Made by a program: the position numbers and the translations under genes. Of a stretch of 64,000 nucleotides of DNA, positions 13,501 through 26,202 are shown one piece after another. This stretch comes from Chrysomallon squamiferum (taxonomy: Eukaryota; Animalia; Mollusca): NCBI GenBank assembly GCA_012295275.1, contig CM022679.1, positions 19,344,001 to 19,408,000 on the forward strand. The letters are read 5' to 3'. How positions within the stretch are numbered: position 1 is the stretch's first letter; each line of letters begins with the position of its first letter. Under the pieces are notes generated by a model. That model made no database searches, was not told the DNA's origin, and was given only the letters and a program-made list of their open reading frames with translations.

Positions 13501-16500
13501 CTGTTTCTGATTTTGTTCTAATCTTCTTTTAGCCTCAGCTTGCCATTCCATAACACTTTTATCAACTTCTGTTTGTTCCAGAGATTTCAGTGTGTCTGTT
13601 TTCCGTGCCATCTCACCATTAACAGCCTTTAATCCCCTTTTCTTTGGAACTGGCATTTTGGTTTCAGTTTTGTCCTTTAACAGTTCCTTGACTTGTGAAT
13701 CAGATTCCCCTTGGTTCAATAAATGTGAACTATTTGTTTCTTTCTGTTTTTTCCATGCTGGTGTTACATCTGAATCAGTTTTAAATTTAGAAACAACTTT
13801 TCCTAAATCTTGAGATATATTTTTCTTCATATCAATGTGTTTGTCTTGACTAGACTTTGGTTTTACATTATCTGCTTTCTTCTTCAGTTCAGTCTTCCAT
13901 GATGGAACTGTTTCAGATATCTTTTCTTCTTTTGTTTTTGACATATGTTTTTCATTTTGTTGTAAGAGTTTAATCTTCTTAGCCTTGTTTTTCTCAATTT
14001 CCTTTTTCCATGAAGGAAGATTATCGTCTTGTACCTTTGCTTTATCAATCTGAAACAGGTCTTCAGTTGATTTTGATTTCATTTTATCTTTTTTATCCAA
14101 TTCCTTTTTCGAGCTTATAACATTTTCAACTTTTTCATCAGATTGTTTATTATCTGATATAACAAAAGCAGATTTAGGTCTGGATTTTTCTTTTATTTGG
14201 TTTCCTATTCTGCTAACTGAAACTGAAGAACCGGGTTCCTGATTTTTGCTATCAGTTAGTTTTGATTCCAGTATAAAATCTTTATTCTGTTTAGGAGCTG
14301 GATGTTTTAGATCCTGAACAACTTTGTTTCTGATGTCCTTTTTCAAGAACTTTAATTTATTAGATGAAATTTCAGAAATATTTTTTAATTCAATCTGAGA
14401 AGTTTCTTGAGGTTTGGTCTTTGTAGATGTAATGGTGATATTAGAATCTGTAGAAATCTTACTTTCCCCAGACATCTTCAGATTGGTTGATGTTAAAGGA
14501 TTGTTTTTATCAGAAAATGTATGAACCTCTTCAGTTTGTCTAACATGTGCCAGAGACTTCAGAAGACCACTAAGAACATTTTTGTCGGCATCTGATGGAG
14601 CATCTTTACTTATAGGAATTTCTTTTTGTCCTTCTTTTTTTACTTCAATTTCCATTGGCTCTTCTGTTCTTTTGCAGTTTTCCAAATCACTTATGGATGT
14701 TTTTTTCAAATCTGACTGGTTAACTCTGACCTGTCTAGTCTTGGGGATAGGATGTATTGACGATTCAAAACTGATTTTTGAAGTGTCATTTGGTGATTTT
14801 AAATTTGATTTTTCTGCACTAGATGGAGCTGATGGGGGCTGAGATGAAGGAAGTGGAGGAGGAGGGGATTCTGGCGATTCAGGAGAACTGGAGTCAGCTA
14901 ATCCTTGTCGTCTTGATTTAAAGTGTTGAGGAGGAGTATTCAGTCTACCTAAAACAGGCCTTCTTGCTGGTTTTGATGGCACAGGACTTAATTCCACTGA
15001 CACTTTACTTTCATACTTTTCTTCAATTTGATTATTATTATTTTGGTGACAGAGTAGATTATGTTCTTTAGGTTTAGGAATTAGTACAAGCTCAGATTTA
15101 GTATTAATTTTTGCATTTTCTTGGGTCTCTCTACTATAAAAATCTTTACTGCTAAAAGCTGATGACACTTCTTTTCTTTGTCTCTCCAATCCTTCACTTT
15201 TGAAATTAGAATCAAGATCAGTGTGTATTTCATGTTTAGTTTTGTCTTTAATATATTTTTTTTCTTTCACCTGCAATTCACTGTTATCAAATTTTTTGAC
15301 ATTAAAATGTGGTGTTGAAACAATTTCTTCAGACTTTTTCTCTTCTTTCTCAGACTCAGTTTGAAAAATAAGTGGTCTTTTCTTCTGGTACTTTGGCACA
15401 TTATCTGCTTCCTTGTCTTTCATTTGATTCAGATATCTCGTAATAACATTATCTTCCCTTGGTGAACTCTTTTGTGTCCCTATATCTCTTCCAGAATCAT
15501 TAGGAAACAAATTTTTCTCTGAATCAGTTTCACTGCTGTGAGATGCCACAAAATCAGTCTTTGGCATGGACCCATCTCCTTTTACCCATGATGGTTTATT
15601 TTCAGTGCATTTTGGAATTTCTGGGCCAACTTTTTGACCTGAACCTGATAAGAAACTAGCAAATGAAGAGGAATTCTTGAACAGGGATGATGTAGGTGAC
15701 AGTTCACTATGTCGGTAACAAGATCTGTGATAAAGTTTTCCATTTTCTATCTGTCTCTCCAGTAAATACACTTTATTGTGACACATATCACACTTGTCTC
15801 CTATTGTTGTCTGCTTTTTACTGATCTGTGATGATACCTGCAAATATATATTTATTATAAAAAAATAACAATAATAAAAGAATGAGAAACTAGCAGATAT
15901 AGTTTCTCAGATAACAATGATTTAATGTTAAATGAAAAATGAAGTATAATGGTAATCAGCTTAAACAATGAACTATTAAAGTTTTTTCACATAGAAGTTG
16001 AAAAATAAGGTAAAATATTTTTAATAATATTTATTTAGCATAGGTTCTACAACAAATAAAATATTTATATGACACTGTTTCTACAATTGATAACAACTGT
16101 GTTTGTTTTATTTCATTTCTTTATGAAATGAACAAAACATTATATAAAAAAAATAAAAATTAAACAAACTATAATAGGACTCACATTTCCAAAATTGTTG
16201 TCTTTTGCTGGAGTAAATCGTTTGGTTTCAGGAGCTGATGCTGGTGGTGGTGATGTGGTATGACGTTTCAGTGAAACACTGCCAGATGTGACACCCTTCA
16301 CACCAGGTCCACCCACTGAAACAAAAGAATAATGTAAACAGGACTTTATTATGTTAAATAACAACAGCTTTAATATCTTTATTCTAGAAAAAAAAAAAGT
16401 AAACAAAAAACCTACAAACATAATAATGATATGTAATAAATAATAGCATTCATGTAATTATTAGTTAATTTTAAAATGTTTTATATATATATATATATAT

Positions 16501-18818
16501 GTACATATAGTTTTTTTTTTACATATGTTTATCATTACAATTTTATTATTAATTTATTAGGTAGCTTACACTGTGGTTTGTCTCTGAAGTAATTGTGATA
16601 CTGTGACACATAGGTTATGACACTGAGTTTGTCAGGAACTTTGATGGCCACCATGTCTGCTGCTTCCAGTAAAGCTGGGATATCCAGTTCTTTTTCAGCC
16701 ACAGTAAAAGCCTATTTCAAACATAACAAACATTTATCTCTTTACATTTTTTTTTTCCCAGTCATAAAGAAAAAATTTGTGGCTACTGTATTTAGTCATT
16801 CTGTTTTTGTCTGAAAATTTGAAAGCCAAAGCCTAAAGAAATAGGAAATGAGATTGGATCATAAAATTCAAGATGCTGATGAAGTACATCAATTCCAGAA
16901 TGGTCTAAACATGACAATGACATTTATTTATATCCATTAACAACTTTGAGAATATTGCTTTCAAATCCATTTATATACTTTTACAACTTTATCATCATTT
17001 ATATTAAAAAGTGTATTTTTGGGCTTAGACCAAATGGTTCTATGCCCTTCATTTACACTGAAACATTTAATGTATTCTGGCTATAAATGGTTGTAATATC
17101 TGCATTATGGGTAAAATTTTAGCTAAGTAGATATCTGCATTGTCGGTGGCAGCTCCAAAAAGAATTATTTTTTCTTCTTTATAGCAAATTAATTTTTACA
17201 GTGTTTGAAGTGCATTCAGTAACATTTTTCAGTCATCAATAAAACAAATATTAATGAAATGCAATGACTACCAAGGCTAAATTCATGTACCAATAGCATG
17301 TCATTGTAGGCAAATATAATATATTTTTGTATTATGTATATAAATGGTTGTATTATCTGCATTTAGCTGAAATTTTAGCTAAGTATATTTGCAATGCAAA
17401 AATGGTAGTTCAAAAAGGAAATTTCCTTGTTCTTTATGCCTCTTAAGTATGCCTTGACATAACATTTATGCTGTGAAAAAGATGATTTACATAAGTATAT
17501 ATTAAAATATAAATATGTGTATGTTTACTGCAAAATATATCAATAGCAGAAGATAAATGAAACCTGTGCTTATATTCATTCTAAGTAAATGTGTTTGTAA
17601 ATACTTACAGGCATCCAAACTGTGAATAACATGCTATTTGTACATTACAGCATTTAGCCCCAGTAGTCACTGCATTTCATTAATACTTATTTTATTAATG
17701 AGTGAAAAGGATCACTGTGTCTTTACCTCTGTTTTGCAGAACTTTCCAAAACATATAGGACATAAAAATATTTGATATTCAAGAATGTAACATACTTTGT
17801 ACAAAAAATATTTTGACAATTGTTTTATTCTAATGAGATGTACATTAATTTAGTTTCTTAAGTTAGTGTAAGATCAATTAAAAAACTATTAGAGAAATAT
17901 TAATATTTCAATGTAATATATCAATCAACCTGATAATATATAAAAGTACTGAATACATCAAAAACAGTACTACTGATATGGGATGGATCACTGAGTTTTA
18001 TCTATTATAATTATCATAAATGAACTACATGAGCTGGACAGTAATGACTAATGTATGTCCTGTTTACACAGGGAAAATATTATAATGTATGACTAACCTA
18101 ACTGATGACAGTAACTTACACAGCTGATAAGATCTCAGCAACTCAAACTCACTCAACAGACACTTCATCAGTTTGAATTCTGGCTTGAAACCATCGAAAT
18201 TCAAAGGAAAATAAATTCCTTCTTATCAATTATAGGCTGTAAATAACTGATACTACATTACAAAGAGAGAGATTTTGTTCACGTTTTGTGTGACATTAGT
18301 AGGCCTTTTCATTTTTTTCTGATTTCCAAAAACAAATAAATAATGTTTTTATTTATGTGAATTTTTTTATCATTATTTTTTTGTGTGTGTGATTTAAAGT
18401 TGTTTGAAAACTTTTCCCTTTCATGAAATATGATTTTTGTGTTACAACAGCAAAAACAGAGAAAAAGATTAAATGGCATGTGAAATAAAGCTTTTATTAT
18501 TACTGAAGTGTCTACAGATAAAGAACAACAAATTTTAAATATTTAAATAATAAAAGATATTCTAAGAATTTGTTTTTAGGACTGTTTCTAAATAAAAGTA
18601 AATTACCAAGTCATTGTTTTCAAATATATTTTCTTTTGACAGTGAGTCATAGTCTCTGAAAAATAAATAAAAGAAAAAAATTAGAAATTTAATAAAATTT
18701 GTCATAAATACAAAATATTTAATTTAAAAATGTGTACAAGTAAACTGAGTATATTCATAAATCAAACAAATATTATGTACATTTTTAAGAACGATGAAGT
18801 TTAGTTTTTTTCTTCTTG

Positions 18819-18854
<36 letters not shown>

Positions 18855-21800
18855 ACTGGTATCATTTTAAACATAATATTTAAAATTTTAAATTTATGGA
18901 AATATTCAAAAGTAGTCAAATATATGTAAACATTTCCTAAACAAAATTTAGTTTGTTTCCTACATTTCATAAACACACTAACATAATCAATTCAATTTAA
19001 AAAGCAGACAAACAAAAAATAATAATAAAAAAAATTTAAATTAAAAAATTTAAATGATTGATACAGGTAAAGTTTATATTTCCTAAGCATCAGTTTAATT
19101 GCACAACAGAATAATATCTATGATGTACTGGTGGTAAAATGTAAAGATAAATTCTTACATATTTAAAATAAAAAGAAATTACTGGATATAGTTTAAGAAA
19201 CCCAAATGTGGTATTTGTCAATTTCAAATTTTATTTATGTTGATATTATAAATTACACTGATGGAAGGTACAAGCAAGCTGCTGGTATAGACTATATTTT
19301 TCTTCATTTAACTGAGTGTAGAAGTTAGATGGTCAGGTCAAAGAATAACTGGTGCACATGCCCTTAAATATAGTCTGTATTCAGTAGCAAATTAATATAT
19401 TTTAAATCAAGATCAAGTTACAGAAATAATTCTTTGTCAGTGGGAAAAATTTAATTTAAATATTTATTTAGTCAAGATAAACGAAATTGATATAATGGAT
19501 TACAATAACAACCAAGCAAAATCAAAGATAAAAAAATGATGTGATTTCTTGCTGGAAGCCACTACAAATAGCCCTAAGAAGTTTCTTCTTTTAGACTCTG
19601 TTATCATAACATTAATTAATTATGTTACCTAAAAGCCATTCATTAAATAACTGACATGAACTAATTCCTGTCTTCTACTAAAAAAACTAAAACACATTCC
19701 AGGCATATTCATATTTATTACTTTTTTCTTTTTTTTTATTACTGCAATTCATGTTAATTCTGATTTCTCTTTAACTATAGATTGATATTACCTTAACAGC
19801 TGAAGATTGATTATAGATGTGATACAAACCAGAATAGTATGTGGAATTATATTCAAAAATTCTCTGCAGAATATGGTGCTTTACTTGAAATGACAATTTT
19901 AATACCAGTGAAGGGATGAAGGAAGATAAGAAGGGAAAATGATATTTTATTTGATTTATATTTTGATTTTGCACTTTTAAAATAAATAAAAATTCATATA
20001 TGCACAATATAGATCTACATTCAGTTATAGTGTATTAAATGCCATTTAATATGTACACTATTTGAGAAATTCCATTATAAATTGCATTGCACAAACATAA
20101 CCCAATTTCACATGCTTTCAATTATTCTGTTTATTTAAAAACCTCATCAGGTTTTGGTTTTCTTCATATGTATGTGTGTGTACTGATCTAATAAAGTTAT
20201 TTGGTTTCTATACAGTTTTGTTAGCAAATGATTCAATCTTTGAATAGAAATGATAATATTAATGTGCATAATTACCAATTAATTAATTTTCAGAATTTAG
20301 ATAATATGATTTGCCAGAAGCCAAAAAGGGATAAATAATTAATCCATGTAATTCTATAGCAGAGACATTTTAAAAATAAAATGTTTCTAATTTGTATTTA
20401 CTTTTGATCTCTTTCTAACTGTTTATTGTATTCTTATGTTTACTGCAGATGGATTTTATTACCACTGTGGATATCTTTAAAAGAATTATTTTTCATCATT
20501 TTATATATATTAATCTATCTGAAATTCTGTATTATTTTTTTTTATTATTTGGTTAGAATGTGATTTGGTTAGAAGCAAGATGTAATATTTACAGATACTA
20601 TACACTAAAATTATTATGCTGTATTAATGTAATCTCAGCAAATTTTGTAATGGAGAAAAGTTGCATAGTTTCCTATTAACTATTTGATATGTTCAGAAAT
20701 GTTGCTTGTCACACAAAAACAGTGAAATCTCAGGTTAAATTTGCTGATATTGTGAGTCATGTCTAGTTCACGTGAAGTAGGTTTTCTCACAGATGTTAAT
20801 AATTCTCTTGTGACCCTACCCATTGTCAAGTAAATGTGTACCCCTCAACTGGTTATTTAAGGCTGGCAAACAGCAATAAAAATACCTGAAGCAATTTACT
20901 ATTGTATGAAAACACTTCACTGTTTTAACAGTTTGATACATTTTGTATCTAAATTTTGAGAACAGAATATTATTTTTATGGCCTTAGATCAATGATTTTG
21001 ATAAAAACAAAAACAAAAACAAAAAAATTCAGGTACAAGAACATTTTTGTATTGCTCTGAAGTTATTGCCTCTTCATTATTTTAAGATTTCCTATTTTAT
21101 AATTGCATATAATTTATACTTTATTTATTTATTTATTCAAAGATGTGAAAATTTTCCAAAAAAGTACTAAAATAGAAGAAAGAAATAGAAAATGAAAACA
21201 TTAAATTTTACATGAATAAAGAATGTATGTATCATAATGAACCCACATTATCAGCTTTGGGAGATAAAAAAGCAAGTTATTCAATTTATTTTCCAAATAT
21301 AATTTTACATCTCTTAAAACTTTATCCTGTAAATGGGCTGTGAACATAAAAATATATAAAAAATTAGCATTAAGTTTTTTGTTTAGATTAGCAAATGCCA
21401 GTGTATTTATTCATACTTTGTATAATCCCTAACATTAGGTAACTTTTAAAGATTACTGTAGAGAGGACTGTTTAATGACACTGAAATGTAATATTTTATA
21501 CAGTTTACACATAAAAAGAAAATAATTAACAGTATAGTATGTTAAACATGCAGGATACTGTGATACTAATGTCTACTTTGTAACACCTACTTTGTACTGT
21601 AACCTAGATTTGAAATCTGAATAACTGTGCAAATGAATAATTCATTAAATTCACTCAAAGGGAGAAATCTGTTGAAATGTATATTTGAGATGTGGAAACA
21701 AGACTTTCCCACACAGATTAAATCATCAGATGTATGTTAAATGCTGTTAATTTTACCATAATTTACACTGTAATTTAATCTATGTTGTGTTTATTTACAT

Positions 21801-24800
21801 GTAGAGTTAGACGTTCATGTCTGAATGATTATAAAATTTATTACATCTGCCTTTCAAGTTTTAAAAAATACATTCATACATACTTCACACTGCAGAATTA
21901 AAATATTTTGAATTCATTCTCTTTCTGTGTACATTAATATTTCTTCTTTTTTTAAATTCAGAAATTTTATTTCTTAATTAATGAAATATAAAAATAAGCT
22001 TTTTGTTTTCTGTAATATGTTCTAACAGCATCATTATTTTAGAATAAATGCATTATTAAAAATCTGTTAAGTTGTTGGGAAAATCTTTAAATGACCATCA
22101 ACGTTACTTTATGATGTATGACCTTCATTAAAAGTTTTCCATTCTTCACATAACATTTAGGCAAGGCTGTTGAAAAACATTTTTTATTTAAGTTATCAAT
22201 AGCTGTATTACATTTAACCTTTTTTTTTTTTTTAACTTAATTTAAACAAAATGCACTTAATGTGCAGATTATGGGTGGAATTTTTACCACTGTTAACTGA
22301 CAGCTACATGTGATTTTTAAGGATTAAACAAACATGCATCGGCTGTATCCTAGTAATGAAAATTTTTGTTCTGAGTAGCCAGCACTAGTAAACTGGTGAC
22401 CAACATGGTTAAGAGGTGTTAGCATCTGTCACATGTAGACACTAATACTTGACCAAATCACATGACATTTGACATACTCCAAATTAGGTTTGCTGTTGCT
22501 ATAATGCAGGACAAATATTTTAAGAAGAGGTTGAGCTGTCAGTCTAATACCTAAATTAATTATTTTATTATCAATGTTGATGCTTTTTCTTGCAATAAAT
22601 AAAGTCAGGTAAATGGCATTGAACTATCTACCCCATTATATACTGTGAATTTAACATTACTAGTTTAATTTTAACTTCTGTTTTAAATGTTGTTTCTTAC
22701 ATAAGTCTGTTAATACTAGTTTTCATTACACAGTGTTTTGTTTGGGTTTTATTTAATAATTTTAGACATTTCTGTGAATGTTCAAGGTTTTGAAAATTAT
22801 TCTGGAGAACAAAGACCTGTCAAAGGATTAGTAATATAACATTCATACGAAAAATTCAGAAAAAAAAAAAAAAAAAATAGATATTAAAGTCAATTATTAA
22901 AGCTAGAAATATATATGTAATATTTTTTCAGATAACATTCTTCTTACCACAATACTAGTCTTTGTATCAACTACTGTTGAAATATTTTACTGTACTTATT
23001 TCTGCTATCTGAATCCTAGTTTTCCAATTTAACATATTGATTAGCCTGTAATGCTCAATCAATGTTAACAACCAGCAATAAAAGTTACAAGCAAACAAAT
23101 GTTGCAACCAACACAGTGAATGAAAAGGAAGCAGTGCTGATGAGTGCCAGCTTCAGGAGCTTGCTTGTTTTCTTTTTTCTGGCTTTATCATTAAAACAAA
23201 TTAATAATACACTTAACATCTAAAAAACACCAATTTAATTTTAAAACTTCTCACACCATATTTTATTTAATATAAAGTTTATGTTAATGTGATTTAATTT
23301 ACTTACTGATGAAGTAAAGTAAACAAAACCATAATTATGAAAATATTTGGAAAATAAATTTAAATTATGTAAAATTATTATATGGTTGTAAGATATATAC
23401 ACTTAAAATATTTTCCAAATGCTTCAGATAATCAAAATATATATTAGCAATATTTATGTAAATATTTGGATTATCACAAATATTTTTAAACACCTTTAAG
23501 TGATTTGAAACAGAAACAGAAAGACAAAGTTGAACATTCCTGTAAAAAAAACAGAACAAAAATAGACAATATAGATTGTTTCTTGTTTGTTTAAGAACTA
23601 AGTCTAGATACAAAGATTCTGTAAGAAGAGATCTTTGATTTGACATAGTACAGATTACAATGGATACATATATTTTATTGATAATGTTGTCACAACAGAT
23701 GCTGCTGAATAGTCAGTACAGTTTTTTTAACCCAAATTAAACAATGCACTATTAAACTGTATAAATACGTGTGTATGTGTGTGTATGATGTAAATTGCCT
23801 CCTATGTACATCAATGAATCAATTAATTTATGTTAGACTATAGCAATAATTTAAACCAAAAATTTTGATCTATTCATATAATGCACAGAAATCAAAAATA
23901 GCTGTACTTCCAAAAAAAAAAAACCCACTAAAATGTATGTGGAATAAATTAATCTCTTTTCATCATTACTTGTTGTTGGTGTTGCCATAGTAGATGTTGT
24001 CAAACATTTATACTAACCATTGAACAGTTATCACCCTGTACCATGTAAGTTAGTAAACAAGATGGTCTTATATTAGAAGTTAATTTTAAATATTAATTAG
24101 AGGTAGGTGAAAAAGTTACTTGGTTCTTGCTTTCAGCATGCAAGCATGTGTGCTAAAGAAATTGAAATTAATTATTAATTATTGTGAAAGGTTGCACATT
24201 AATAATAAATAATTTTTACAAAAAGGAATCACTTGGCAACGTGTCTCATAAATAATTTTATAATAAAATTCTTTATTTTATTAATTTTAAGAGATTACAA
24301 ATGTATACATATAAACTGTAGGTGAAAAACTATTATTGTGTAACTGGCTTTCCAATCTCAGTGAATGCTTCCACTGAGAGATGAATATTGGGATATATTA
24401 TTTCTAATTACTAGTTTTTGTTTTAATATTCACTAAAGAAATTTCTCATTTAATGTGAATTATGATGACTTTCACTTTACAAAGTTTTTCCATCCAGCTT
24501 AAGACGACATGCTATACATGATAATCTGAATTAAAAATATTTCATCTATTAATTTACTACATCTAGTGTTAAGATTAAGATGAAAGTTAATTTGACTTAA
24601 TTCAGCAGAATAATATTCATATCTTAACTTTATGGTCAATCTAATTAATGACTAAATTGAAAGATATTAGTTGATAATAACTGATAAACTGTTGTGCAAT
24701 TAATGTAATCCAAGATGATCTGTGACATATCAAACTTGACAAAGTCACTTAAACAAATTTGTCATTTTGACAGTTGTTTGAGATATTCAAACCACATCCT

Positions 24801-25076
24801 TCTTACAGCCAACATGTATTTCTGGAGGATCATGGGATTAGCTACTCAAACATACTGTACGTGCCTGACACAGCATTGTGGGACTGAACATACAACAGAG
24901 AGTGTGATTAAGCCTAAAACAACTCACATCAGATCTGGCCGAAATCTGTGGATGATAGCACAAAATGCCAAACCACTTTTGAAGGAAGTAGTCATGTCTT
25001 TCACCTCAACATCACGGTAACCTTCAGTCATCTTCCGACACCACATCTGAAGTCCTTTAATTTTAGTTAAAGCCAT
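2610..25076 (-). CDS. MICALL2: MICAL-like protein (MICAL-L1/L2 family): CH domain, partial LIM, long disordered Pro-rich region, C-terminal bMERB (Rab-binding) coiled coil; about 1230 aa
   Basis: Phase-consistent GT-AG exons on minus: 25076-24928 ([49 protein letters not shown]), 18655-18607 ([16 protein letters not shown]), 16711-16570 ([42 protein letters not shown]), 16315-16185, 15837-13144, 11810-11696, 7209-7110 ([22 protein letters not shown]), 6858-6785, 6393-6279, 5945-5899 and a probable last exon 2686-2610. CH-LIM-bMERB without a monooxygenase domain is the MICAL-L architecture. It is probably co-orthologous to vertebrate MICALL1 and MICALL2, so the symbol is approximate. The last exon is the least certain. 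Confidence 0.88.
3990..4106. repeat. Compound (AT)n(GTAT)n(GT)n microsatellite
   Basis: Direct reading of the sequence. Confidence 0.9.
6606..6687. repeat. 27-bp tandem repeat, 3 copies
   Basis: The unit tagaaatgtaaa(a/t)atttagttttatat starts at 6606, 6633 and 6660. Confidence 0.9.
8128..8255. repeat. Tandem duplication of about 64 bp, 2 copies
   Basis: atgatttttgctatgtacaa..aaaga..aatgaaaatgaag..gtctatg.atgactgaaaa occurs twice in tandem. Confidence 0.88.
13144..15837 (-). CDS. MICALL2: Giant internal exon (2694 nt, 898 codons) of the MICAL-like gene: LIM zinc finger plus disordered K/S/E/P-rich region
   Basis: The 908-aa ORF is bounded by acceptor ttgcag|GTA at 15837 and donor CAT|gtaagt at 13144, both phase 0. 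It contains CDMC-x17-HRSC and the Pro-rich motifs [11 protein letters not shown] and PPRPLPPK. Confidence 0.92.
17082..17437. repeat. Degenerate direct repeat pair of about 100 bp (17082-17181 and 17339-17437)
   Basis: Both copies begin tataaatggttgta.tatctgcatt...aaattttagctaagta and end ttctttat. Confidence 0.8.
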
Positions 25077-25207
25077 CTTTCCGGAGTGTGGACTCTGTGT
25101 ACCTGTGTTTTCTGTCAGTAGCAAGTTAATATATCCATTCAGTGGACTTTGACATTCCACCTCACTTCATACTTTATAATTTTTCTTTTTATCTGAAAAA
25201 TAAAATA

Positions 25208-25286
25208 TTTTGGAAATGATGTTATAGTCAGAGCAGTAATCACGTTTATTACTATGAATTGTTAAAATCATTTTCTTATATTTTTA
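25208..25286 (+). repeat. Dispersed repeat of about 78 bp, copy 1
   Basis: ttttgga.atgatgttatagtcagagcagtaat...tattac.atgaattgttaaaatcattttcttatattttta also occurs at about 36285-36363. Confidence 0.85.
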
Positions 25287-26136
25287 GTAATAATAACAGT
25301 AACAATAATAATAAATTACTGAACAAAGCACTTTATAATAAAAAGAAAAGTTATGTTAGTACCTTATACATTGAATTATAGTTCATTGTTATTATATTAT
25401 ACTACGTATAGAATTAAAAAACAAAATGAAATTTGTTTTTAAAAATAAAGAAATTTCATTAAAAATTAAGTTTATTATGATTTCATTAAAAGTTTATTTA
25501 TTATTTATTAACTCGTTTGGATTTAATTATTACTGCACAAACTTGCTTCACACCAGAGTGTAAACTGATAAACAACACAACAAAAATATGTTTGCTTAGC
25601 TAACAAAGATCAACCTTTTGTGTTATAAAATGATAAAGCCTAATTGTTTGCTTAAAACCAATAAAAGCTTGAACTTGTAAAAGGACCTGTTGTTTTGTAA
25701 ACAAAATCAGGTTTTTCTACAAACCTTTTTGATCTGTTCTACTAGTATTAATTTAAAAAATTATATTTCACTTTTAAAGTTTTATTTAATAAAATTTTCT
25801 TGTATGGAAATTTTTGTTTATATAATAATAATTATTTTTTTGAATATTCATTAATCTTCAAGCCAAATTATTTACTGTATTAAAACAAACAACACATTAA
25901 GTTAAAAAAACAAGTGAACAATGCTTAATTAGCTAAACATTTTATGCAGCTATTAATATCTTTTTAATATTTGTTATTCTTTATGAGAACTAATTTTGCT
26001 GTAATTAGTATAGAAAGTAAATATGTATGTTAATGCAAAAACAAACTTATTCACATAAAATAAACAAATATTAATTAGTAAACAATAACAACTTTTTATA
26101 AACCACCTAATCACTACTATCTTCCACAAATTAAAA

Positions 26137-26145
26137 ACACACACA

Positions 26146-26199
<54 letters not shown>
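26137..26199. repeat. (CA)n microsatellite
   Basis: Direct reading of the sequence. Confidence 0.92.

Positions 26200-26202
<3 letters not shown>

Noticed and set aside
13151-14842. Plus-strand ORFs of 73-86 aa opposite the giant exon
   Set aside because: They are antisense shadows of the MICAL-like coding exon, with non-ATG starts and no independent features.
25216-25286. Dispersed repeat as a C/D box snoRNA (starts ATGATGT)
   Set aside because: The C box is imperfect, there is no terminal CTGA D box or closing stem, and the copies are in opposite orientation relative to their host transcripts.
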